A stretch of DNA of 12,197 bases. Origin: a virus. A program made the translations under genes and the position numbers. The stretch is from positions 1-12,197 of IMG/VR virus record IMGVR_UViG_3300029415_000021; one strand, 5' to 3'. Below the pieces are notes generated by a model. It did not search any database and was not told the DNA's origin. It saw only the letters and a program-made list of their open reading frames with translations. Below, piece by piece: positions 5,922 to 12,131 of this stretch. The first letter of the stretch is position 1. Each line of letters begins with the position of its first letter.

Positions 5922-6206
5922 TCAGTCCAAATTTGGACAGTCTTCATAGCCGTTGCGGAATACGCTGTCGGCCTCATAGCTGACCTCAAAAAGCGGGGTA
6001 TGGTAGCCGCTGCTGTCCTTTACAAGCTCGCGGTTTGCATCGTCCAGCGCATGAAACGCCGGAATGATCTGCTTTTCCCATGTCTGCCTTTCAATGGCCT
6101 TGAAGCAATGCGGGCAAGTGCGGGCATAGTCCCCATTTGTGATGCTTCGCCCGTACACTTCCCATGTGCCGCCGCAATAGTGGCACTTGATACGCATATA
6201 GCCCAT
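5922..6206 (-). CDS. Zinc-ribbon-like small protein (94 aa)
   Basis: CHYC...(21 aa)...CPHC, a CxxC/CxxC pair. SD AAAGGAG lies 5 nt upstream, directly after the terminase stop. Confidence 0.7.
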   Translation of the reverse strand: MGYMRIKCHYCGGTWEVYGRSITNGDYARTCPHCFKAIERQTWEKQIIPAFHALDDANRELVKDSSGYHTPLFEVSYEADSVFRNGYEDCPNLD

Positions 6207-6221
6207 GATTTTCTCCTTTCT

Positions 6222-7604
6222 TTAAGCGCTCTGCCCTCGCTTGCGGTAAATCTCACGGTCTAACGCATAAGCGAGGCTGTCTATACTGTGGTTGTCCCTA
6301 TCGGGGAGAGAGGAAAGCATATTGCCGTCTTTGTCCTTTTCGTATTCGTAGTTTGCAAGCTCCCGCGCCGCGTTTGGCGTCCTCGCAGGATCAACCACAA
6401 TACGCCGGTGTTGCAGCCACTTGACACGATACGCCACGCATCCCGGCTCTTTGTGGCAAGCTCTGGCCTGCTTTAAGCCGTGGTCGCGTAGATCGGCTAT
6501 GCTTTTCGGCTCTGCTGCATCGCAATAAATGTCGCTGTGATCTTGAAAGCACAAGCCGCTTACCGGGGAAAGGTAGCTGCCGCCTTTGGTGTCCCCCTCC
6601 ACAAGTGGGGCGATTTCCTCCGCAAGCTGCCGGTTACTCATGCTGCGCTTGTAAATCTCGTTCAGAATGTAAATTGTCTCGTGCTTACGGTCATAGCTGC
6701 AACGGATAAAACAAGCGGGGTCTGCCGCAAAGCCAAAGTCCACGCCGGAAAAGAAGTATTGCATATTCTGTACTTCCTCGGCGGTGATCTCCCGCACTTC
6801 CAGCGCCGGGAATACCTCCGCGCCGGTGCCGGTCGCCTCGCCTAAGTACTCGTGCCGGTATGCCTGCTCATTGACGGCCTCCAGGCGTTCAGCCTCCGCT
6901 ATGAAAGCCTCGCCTAACCATTCGGCGGGTATGTCTTTATAGGTGGTGTGAAAGGTGATTCCCTGCGCGTCCGGCTCTGCAACAAACTGATTTGCCCAAT
7001 TCGCCTTACTGATCGGCGGGTTGAAGCTGCGGAATACTTGCGGATTTGTCCCTTGCCCTCGCATGACCGACTGCAAAACATTTCGGGCAAAGTTGGCGCC
7101 GGGCAGCTCCGCAAATTCTTCAAGCCAAATAAAGCGGAATAGGCCACGCCTGGGCTTGATAGATTTTAGCTTGCTTGCATCGTCCAGCCCTCGAAAAAGG
7201 ATCTGTGCGCCGGTCGGCCTGTATTCATACATCATCGGGGAAACGGTCGCTTTCCAGAGGTGGGAAACGCCCAGCATATCAATAGCCCATGCGATTTGAG
7301 AAAAAACGCTGTCGCGCATTGTCCCCGCCACTTTGCGAAACACAATAGCGTTGCTCTGGCCTGTGGGGTCGCTCTGTATGCCGTCCACGATCTCAAGCGA
7401 TACGAAAGAGCTTTTGCAGCTCCCGCGCCCGCCCGGAAGATTGTAAAAGCGGTGCCGCCCTGCCTTTATGTCCTCATGCAAGGGGAGATAGCACGGGGCT
7501 ATAAATTCCTCCACGGTGGCGGTGTTGGTCATGCTATCCCGGCGCCGCTTCTCTGCCATTTCAAGGGCCGCTATGCGCTGTTCCAGCTTGTCCCGTGTTA
7601 TCAT
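6222..7604 (-). CDS. terL: Terminase large subunit (PBSX/Terminase_3-like)
   Basis: Walker A PGGRGSCKS and Walker B FIWLEEFAE. RNase-H-like nuclease motifs GVDFGFAADP, YCDAAEP and DNHSIDSLAYAL. ATGA overlap with the upstream small-subunit gene. Confidence 0.9.
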   Translation of the reverse strand: MITRDKLEQRIAALEMAEKRRRDSMTNTATVEEFIAPCYLPLHEDIKAGRHRFYNLPGGRGSCKSSFVSLEIVDGIQSDPTGQSNAIVFRKVAGTMRDSVFSQIAWAIDMLGVSHLWKATVSPMMYEYRPTGAQILFRGLDDASKLKSIKPRRGLFRFIWLEEFAELPGANFARNVLQSVMRGQGTNPQVFRSFNPPISKANWANQFVAEPDAQGITFHTTYKDIPAEWLGEAFIAEAERLEAVNEQAYRHEYLGEATGTGAEVFPALEVREITAEEVQNMQYFFSGVDFGFAADPACFIRCSYDRKHETIYILNEIYKRSMSNRQLAEEIAPLVEGDTKGGSYLSPVSGLCFQDHSDIYCDAAEPKSIADLRDHGLKQARACHKEPGCVAYRVKWLQHRRIVVDPARTPNAARELANYEYEKDKDGNMLSSLPDRDNHSIDSLAYALDREIYRKRGQSA

Positions 7605-7954
7605 TGCCGCATTTCCTCCAAAGCCGTTAAACGCTCTGCAAGGTCGTTCTGATCGGTCAAACGCACGGCATAATCAAGGGCGATTTTCGCGGCGTTTACT
7701 CTGGCGGCGGGGTTTATTTCCTCGTCCTCCATGACCGTCTGCAAGGTGGATAGCGCAGGCTCTAATAGCTGCTGCGCCCTGCGCGTTGCGTCCTGTACTA
7801 CCCCGGCGAATGCTTCGCGGTATCGCTGGCAAAACTCCGGGTCTTCAAAATAAGTCCGCATGGTTCGCTCTGCAATTCCTGCTGCTGCTGCCGCTTCTTT
7901 CTTGCTTCGAGAAGTCAGAAGCGCCGCAAGCAGCTTTTCTTTATTCGGGGTCAA
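7601..7954 (-). CDS. terS: Putative terminase small subunit (HTH protein, 117 aa)
   Basis: Lies immediately upstream of, and coupled to, terL. N-terminal HTH-like segment (SKKEAAAAAGIAERTMRTYF), followed by a helical oligomerisation-like region. Confidence 0.6.
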   Translation of the reverse strand: MTPNKEKLLAALLTSRSKKEAAAAAGIAERTMRTYFEDPEFCQRYREAFAGVVQDATRRAQQLLEPALSTLQTVMEDEEINPAARVNAAKIALDYAVRLTDQNDLAERLTALEEMRQ

Positions 7955-8160
7955 TCGTTGTCACCTTCTTTCCCAGCATCGAATTTCTTCATTGCTGCGT
8001 GTGCTGCCGCCACGTCTTCCGGGGTCATGTCTGCGCCTGTCAAATAACGCAGGACAAGGGCTGCTGTGTCCAGTTCATCAAACCATGCAACGGTCCCTCC
8101 TTCTGCCGTTTCGATGAAATAACGCTTGTTCTCCGTCATATAGCAGTAAAATATCGTCAT
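7951..8160 (-). CDS. Hypothetical protein (69 aa)
   Basis: ORF coupled on both sides (4-nt overlaps), with SD-like GAAGGTGA upstream. Confidence 0.6.
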   Translation of the reverse strand: MTIFYCYMTENKRYFIETAEGGTVAWFDELDTAALVLRYLTGADMTPEDVAAAHAAMKKFDAGKEGDND

Positions 8161-8555
8161 TTGTCTTCACCTTCTTTCCCGCCGTTTTCTGCCGTTTTCT
8201 GCCTGTCAGATTGCGTTTTCTGAAGGCAATAGAGCCGCATAAAGTCCGCAAGGTTCATTGTTACGCGCCACCCCTCGCGGCTTCGGCGGTGGAATACGGC
8301 GGGTAAACCGTCCTTGAAATGTTGGCTATCCCTTTCGGCCTGCTGCATCCACTCCGAAAGCCTGACTTGCTCGCAGCGCTTCACCTCGATATGGACACCG
8401 GGCAAGCCCACAAGGTCGGGCACTTCACCAAAGGACATAGACCCGCCGCGCTTGATCTCGTACCCATATTCACGGAGAACGGCGGCAAGCTCCCTTTCAC
8501 CGTCGGCGCCTTTTCGCTGTGATGCTTTCCCGCTCGTGTCTTTCACCCCTTTCAA
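8157..8555 (-). CDS. PD-(D/E)xK nuclease, Holliday-junction-resolvase-like
   Basis: GADGERELAAVLREYGY...PDLVG...HIEVKR fits a D...E-x-K restriction-endonuclease-fold motif. TTG start with SD GAGGAG 6 nt upstream, and a TTGA overlap with the upstream ORF. Confidence 0.65.
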   Translation of the reverse strand: MKGVKDTSGKASQRKGADGERELAAVLREYGYEIKRGGSMSFGEVPDLVGLPGVHIEVKRCEQVRLSEWMQQAERDSQHFKDGLPAVFHRRSREGWRVTMNLADFMRLYCLQKTQSDRQKTAENGGKEGEDK

Positions 8556-8905
8556 TAAAGCTCCTCGTAAAATCGGAGTTCCCTAATTCTTCCGCTGAAA
8601 AAGTGGTTGATGTTATAATCACAATTCCTGTACTTCGTTGCAAAGTGCCTATCGATCATGGTGCAATAGCTGTCCGGGGAAACATCCTCACAATAGCCGC
8701 GCTTGGTCTCCTGGTCGATATAGGGCATATCTTGGCATATCCGCACGATCTGACTTGCCTTGATAGGCGGATGCGGCCTCCCCATGTGCTTTTCGTACTG
8801 CTCGAAGTAGTACGAAAACACGCTCAAGGCGTCTTGCAGAGTATAGACGCTCGGCGGGTACACGCTCGCGGTTATCCTTGCGAATTTCTCAAAATCAAAG
8901 GTCAT
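8552..8905 (-). CDS. Hypothetical protein (117 aa from the internal ATG)
   Basis: The ATG at 8905 is preceded by AAGGGAG 6 nt upstream. The track's 28-aa N-terminal extension lies in AT-rich intergenic DNA with no SD. Confidence 0.65.
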   Translation of the reverse strand: MTFDFEKFARITASVYPPSVYTLQDALSVFSYYFEQYEKHMGRPHPPIKASQIVRICQDMPYIDQETKRGYCEDVSPDSYCTMIDRHFATKYRNCDYNINHFFSGRIRELRFYEELY

Positions 8906-9015
8906 AAAACGCTCCCTTATACAAAAAAGAAGAAAAATTGAAAATATATAATATCGGCGGTGGTGCGCGCGCAGCGCACCCTTATACATAGTGTGGAATG
9001 ACTTGTCATTCCCTT

Positions 9016-9060
9016 TTACTCTCTATCTCTTACTCTATCTCTTACTCTATCTCTTACTCT
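9016..9060. repeat. 12-bp tandem repeat (TTACTCTATCTC, about 3.7 copies) in a G-free tract
   Basis: Copies at 9016..9029 (with 2 extra nt), 9030..9041, 9042..9053 and a partial 9054..9060. The plus strand has no G from 9006 to 9062. Confidence 0.9.
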
Positions 9061-9062
9061 TA

Positions 9063-9138
9063 GTCACTCTGTGACGCTTTGCCGTCACAATGTGACACCA
9101 GTGAATAAGCTCTTTAGTCGCCGCTGTCACTTTGTGAC
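9063..9138. promoter_or_regulatory. Three phased palindromic boxes GTCAC-N3-GTGAC (putative initiator binding sites / origin)
   Basis: Boxes at 9063..9075, 9084..9096 and 9126..9138, with starts 21 and 42 bp apart. Boxes 1 and 3 share 19/20 nt (GTCACTyTGTGACGCTTTGC). Box 3 lies inside the 3' end of the replisome-organizer gene. Confidence 0.6.
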
Positions 9139-9512
9139 GCTTTGCGCTCTCGAAGTCGCCGCATTCTTGCCGCCGAATCGCCCTCACTCCCCGTATTTGC
9201 TACGGCTTCGGGGATAAAAAAGCTTTTGTCCGTGATGTCCTCGATGAGCTTGTACCGGCGCAGAATTGCGATTGCGTTTGCAACGTCTTCCGCGTCTTCA
9301 CCGATAGCAAAGGCGATTTCTTTTGCAAAGGTTTCATCATACCCGTTATAGGAAATAACCCCGTCCGTGCGCAGGCTTGCAAGCTGCATCTTCAAATAAA
9401 TTATGGTGAAGACCTCGCCGCCCGCGGCTTTCCGCAATCTCCGCATTTCCATAGCGTTGAAATACCCCTCTTTCAGCTTCAGCCACCAGAATTTTTTCTT
9501 GTCTTCTGCCAT
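9114..9512 (-). CDS. Phage replisome organizer, N-terminal-domain-only protein (132 aa)
   Basis: FWWLKLKEGYFNAMEMRRLRK...GEVFTIIYLKMQL...AIAILRRYKLIE matches my recollection of the replisome-organizer N-terminal region. The product is shorter than typical full-length members. Confidence 0.7.
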   Translation of the reverse strand: MAEDKKKFWWLKLKEGYFNAMEMRRLRKAAGGEVFTIIYLKMQLASLRTDGVISYNGYDETFAKEIAFAIGEDAEDVANAIAILRRYKLIEDITDKSFFIPEAVANTGSEGDSAARMRRLRERKASQSDSGD

Positions 9513-9516
9513 TCGC

Positions 9517-9801
9517 TTAAATCTCCATTTCTAAAATCTGGATTTGATAAATTATTCTTTCGGCTCTCCATGCGTTTCCCGTGGTCGTGGCTTTTCCTTT
9601 GGCGGTTTCCAACGCAAGAACATTTTTATACGCTGTGCCGACGTCTGCGGCGGGCAGCTCTAATAGCTTTTCCTTTAGCCGTCTGATCCTGTCTTTCTTT
9701 TTCGCCCTTGTGATGTCCTCTCGATAGAGTTCCGCCGCGGCACTCGCTCCGATGATTTTAGCAAATCCAATGTATTTTCCGGCTAATTCTATTTCTCTCA
9801 T
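9517..9801 (-). CDS. Hypothetical protein (94 aa)
   Basis: ORF in the operon with SD-like GGAAAGGG upstream; 3- and 4-nt gaps to its neighbours. Confidence 0.6.
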   Translation of the reverse strand: MREIELAGKYIGFAKIIGASAAAELYREDITRAKKKDRIRRLKEKLLELPAADVGTAYKNVLALETAKGKATTTGNAWRAERIIYQIQILEMEI

Positions 9802-9804
9802 TTG

Positions 9805-10065
9805 TTATGCCCTTTCCACGGCATCCGCCGCGCATAGAATTTCTTTCGCACTGTGCCGCATGGAGCGGACAAAACGCGCCTTTTCTTCCTCGTTCGCGGG
9901 GAGATAATAGCCGGTCACATTGTCGCTCAATATGGCCGCGCCCGCTCGCCTCTCGGCGGAGATCATAGCCCGGACGGTTCGACCGTCGAGGCCGGTTATT
10001 CCCTCCAAATCTCGGAGGGAAACGGCGTTAGCCTGCCCGTGGCTCAAAAGGTCAGTTATTTTCAT
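9805..10065 (-). CDS. Putative winged-helix/HTH DNA-binding protein (86 aa from the internal ATG)
   Basis: The ATG at 10065 gives MKITDLLSHGQANAVSLRDLEGITGLDGRTVRAMISAERRAG..., an HTH-like segment. The longer track ORF would overlap the upstream gene by 92 nt. Confidence 0.55.
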   Translation of the reverse strand: MKITDLLSHGQANAVSLRDLEGITGLDGRTVRAMISAERRAGAAILSDNVTGYYLPANEEEKARFVRSMRHSAKEILCAADAVERA

Positions 10066-10243
10066 TGGCAAGGAATCTTTCCAGCTCGTCAAGGTTGACA
10101 AGCGTATAAGTGTAGCAGCCGTTAACGGGCTTGATCGTTCCATCTTTCACCCAGCGGCGCAAAAGTCGCTCGTTGATGTAGCTTCCGGGGTCTTGCGCCT
10201 TGATCTCCGCAACTGCTTTCGGAATAGTTCTAATTCGTACCAT
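10052..10243 (-). CDS. Excisionase-family (MerR-type HTH) DNA-binding protein
   Basis: The 63-aa product has the pattern IxxxAxxI....INERLLRRWVKDGTIKPV...YTLVNLDELERFL, typical of Xis/AlpA-like HTH_17 proteins. SD AAAGGAG lies 7 nt upstream. First gene of the long operon. Confidence 0.65.
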   Translation of the reverse strand: MVRIRTIPKAVAEIKAQDPGSYINERLLRRWVKDGTIKPVNGCYTYTLVNLDELERFLANENN

Positions 10244-10263
10244 GATAAAGCTCCTTTCGGGTT

Positions 10264-10319
10264 AAAAATAAAAAGTGCCTATCGCTCACGCACTTTTACC
10301 ATGCGTAAGTAATAGGCAC
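10264..10319 (-). terminator. Strong rho-independent terminator (minus strand)
   Basis: On the minus strand, GTGCCTAT...ATAGGCAC (8 bp) encloses an inner TTACGCA/TGCGTGA stem with a 9-nt loop, followed by TTTTTATTTTT. It lies 91 nt downstream of the int stop and 20 nt upstream of the xis-like ATG. Confidence 0.85.
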
Positions 10320-10377
10320 AAAGGCACACGCAAAAAGGGAATTTCTCGCCTTAAAGCTTCTTCGTTCAATTTTCTTT

Positions 10378-10406
10378 ATTATATCACAAAACGCGGGATT
10401 TTGCAA
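10378..10406 (-). promoter_or_regulatory. Near-consensus promoter upstream of the terminator and the long operon
   Basis: Minus strand reads TTGCAA (10401..10406), 17-nt spacer, TGaTATAAT (-10 at 10378..10383). Confidence 0.65.
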
Positions 10407-10409
10407 GAG

Positions 10410-11792
10410 TTACGCCCTATTTTTATGCAAAATAGTTTCGCTGATGCAATCCGCCGTTTTGTGTCGTGCTTCGTCTATGGCGTGTGCGTATGTGTCAAGC
10501 GTCGTTGATACATCGGAATGCCCCAGCATCCCGGCCACGGTCAGCACATCCACGCCGTTTGAAAGCAAAACGGAAGCGGCGGAATGTCGGAACAAGTGCG
10601 GGTTAATATGGGGGAGGCCGTGCCGGTCACAAAATGCGGTCAATTCAAGGTTCACATTTCCGGGGTTCATCGGCTTTCCGTTCCATCTTGGAAATACCAG
10701 GTTGCTATCTTCCCAAAGATCGCCCAGCCGCAGCCGGTCTTTTGCCTGCTCCGCCCATAGCTTGCGCAAGAGGTCAATAGTTTCATCGGGGAGGGCCACG
10801 CGGCGGCTGTTGTCGGTCTTTGTCGGCCCGCTCTGTATGCCTGTTTCGGGGAGATAAATCATGCTTTGATTTATCAGAACTTCCCGCCGCACAAAGTCCA
10901 CCTTGTCCCATGTCAGCGCCAGGGCTTCCCCTCTGCGGCATCCCGTGGAAATAAAAAAGGTTATCAATGCGCGGAATGGCAGCGGCTCCCCCTCCAGAGC
11001 AGCAAGAACGGCTTTAAGCTGCTCCGGCTGTAAAGCCTTGCTTTCACGAACGCGCTTTTTCTTTGGCAGCGTTACACGCTTTGCGGGGTTATATTTGATA
11101 ATCATTTCTTTGTAAGCTTGTTCAAGCACCGTGTAAATGATTGCGTGATAGTCTCTGATCGTCCCCGGGGATAGTGGTTTTTCGGCTCCCGTTAGGCTGA
11201 AAAGATCCTTTCGGCCTAAGTTCTTTTCGATTATGGCGGCGTTTTGGCGGCTGATTGGCTGATTTTTACATAGCCTGCGGATCAAATTCCCATAGACACC
11301 ACACGACCGCGCGAAATCGTTGCAAGTTTCCCCCTCTGGTATAAGCTCTTTGAAGTCCACGGCGGGCAGCGCGTACACTTGCCATCGGCAGGCCCCCGGC
11401 TCGGAAAACTTCTTGTAAAGCTCGGTTAGGTGTTTCGGGCGGATTTCTTGAATAGGAATTTGCCCTATATACTCATTGATCCGCGCAGTTTGCCGCCGGA
11501 CGCGGGCCAGCGTTTGCGGCTTGTCCCCGCGCTGCTCCCTTATGGTGTAGCAGTATGCGGCGTACTCGGCAAAGGTCTGTTTGTTATCTGCTTGAAAGCC
11601 GCTCATTAAGTCTTGTTCAAACTCTGTTGCCACGCGCTGCAATTCTCTGTTGAGTTCTCGCGCGGTCATGGGCTTGTCCGGCTTCCATGTCTTATAATGT
11701 CTGATTTGCCGGTCGAGGGCATCACGGCCCAGCGTGACCGTGATTTTATACGCCGTGCCGTGTTTCCCCTCTATCTTCCTAATGCTCGCCAT
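10410..11792 (-). CDS. int: Tyrosine recombinase / phage integrase with an N-terminal arm-type DNA-binding domain
   Basis: Catalytic residues in context: GCRRGEALAL (R), HLFRHSAAS (HxxR), LGHSDVSTTLDTYAH (H...Y). The N-terminus (IRKIEGKHGTAYKITVTLGRD) resembles arm-binding domains. SD AAAGGAG lies 8 nt upstream. Confidence 0.92.
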   Translation of the reverse strand: MASIRKIEGKHGTAYKITVTLGRDALDRQIRHYKTWKPDKPMTARELNRELQRVATEFEQDLMSGFQADNKQTFAEYAAYCYTIREQRGDKPQTLARVRRQTARINEYIGQIPIQEIRPKHLTELYKKFSEPGACRWQVYALPAVDFKELIPEGETCNDFARSCGVYGNLIRRLCKNQPISRQNAAIIEKNLGRKDLFSLTGAEKPLSPGTIRDYHAIIYTVLEQAYKEMIIKYNPAKRVTLPKKKRVRESKALQPEQLKAVLAALEGEPLPFRALITFFISTGCRRGEALALTWDKVDFVRREVLINQSMIYLPETGIQSGPTKTDNSRRVALPDETIDLLRKLWAEQAKDRLRLGDLWEDSNLVFPRWNGKPMNPGNVNLELTAFCDRHGLPHINPHLFRHSAASVLLSNGVDVLTVAGMLGHSDVSTTLDTYAHAIDEARHKTADCISETILHKNRA

Positions 11793-11795
11793 TGT

Positions 11796-11957
11796 TTAAG
11801 CTCCTTTCCGCTCCTTGATGTTCATTACCCCCTCCCATTTACATTTCTTGCAAAAGGTTGTGACGCCATTACAAACGGCATCGGGGGCCAGCTTGTGCAG
11901 CTTTTGGCCACAGACCGGGCAACAATACCACAACTGCCCTTTTACCAATTTCACCAC
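11796..11957 (-). CDS. Cysteine-rich KTR-like zinc-ribbon protein (53 aa from GTG)
   Basis: CCPVCGQK...(17 aa)...FCKKCKWE, two CxxC pairs. The GTG at 11957 follows SD AAAGGAG by 9 nt. The track's 29-aa extension runs through the TTGGCGCACA repeats and is probably non-coding. Ends 4 nt upstream of int. Confidence 0.6.
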   Translation of the reverse strand: MVKLVKGQLWYCCPVCGQKLHKLAPDAVCNGVTTFCKKCKWEGVMNIKERKGA

Positions 11958-11974
11958 GCCGCCGCTCTCCTTTC

Positions 11975-12038
11975 TTGGCGCACATTTGGCGCACAACTTC
12001 GGCGAATAGGCGGGAACGGCTTGCAATTTTGGCGCACA
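11975..12038. repeat. 10-bp direct repeats TTGGCGCACA (three copies here, two more at 115..137); candidate integrase arm-type sites or operators
   Basis: Exact copies at 11975..11984, 11986..11995 and 12029..12038. Confidence 0.8.
12005..12019. repeat. 15-bp perfect inverted repeat, left arm (AATAGGCGGGAACGG); partner at 60..74 (= 12168..12182)
   Basis: The reverse complement of 60..74 (CCGTTCCCGCCTATT) equals 12005..12019. The arms are 148 bp apart across the junction. Confidence 0.9.
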
Positions 12039-12095
12039 ATTCAAGGGTTAAACCCTCTTTTTTGCGTAAGTATTGCAACGGTTTGTTTTAACTGG

Positions 12096-12116
12096 CAAGA
12101 ATATTGTACATTCTTG
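12096..12116. other. Core-site-like inverted repeat CAAGAAT-N7-ATTCTTG (candidate recombination core)
   Basis: 7-bp inverted arms flank a 7-bp spacer (attgtac), lying between the repeat clusters. The start of the 89-bp terminal repeat (12109) falls inside the spacer. Confidence 0.35.
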
Positions 12117-12131
12117 GGGCAGTTATTACAA
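12103..12131 (-). promoter_or_regulatory. Candidate promoter for KTR-int spanning the junction
   Basis: Minus strand reads TTGTAA (12126..12131 = 18..23), 17-nt spacer, TACAAT (12103..12108). Confidence 0.4.

Noticed and set aside
9016-9060. Possible CRISPR array
   Set aside because: The units are 12 bp and directly tandem, with no spacers. This is an iteron or microsatellite-like repeat, not CRISPR.
11958-12044. 29-aa N-terminal extension of the KTR-like ORF
   Set aside because: It reads through three TTGGCGCACA repeats and one arm of the 15-bp inverted repeat. An SD + GTG lies at 11957 and gives the usual roughly 50-aa zinc-ribbon size.
12044-12063. Weak hairpin AGGG-ttaaa-CCCT followed by T6 on the plus strand
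   Set aside because: The stem is only 4 bp and no plus-strand gene lies upstream for it to terminate. It was noted only as part of the repeat-rich junction region.
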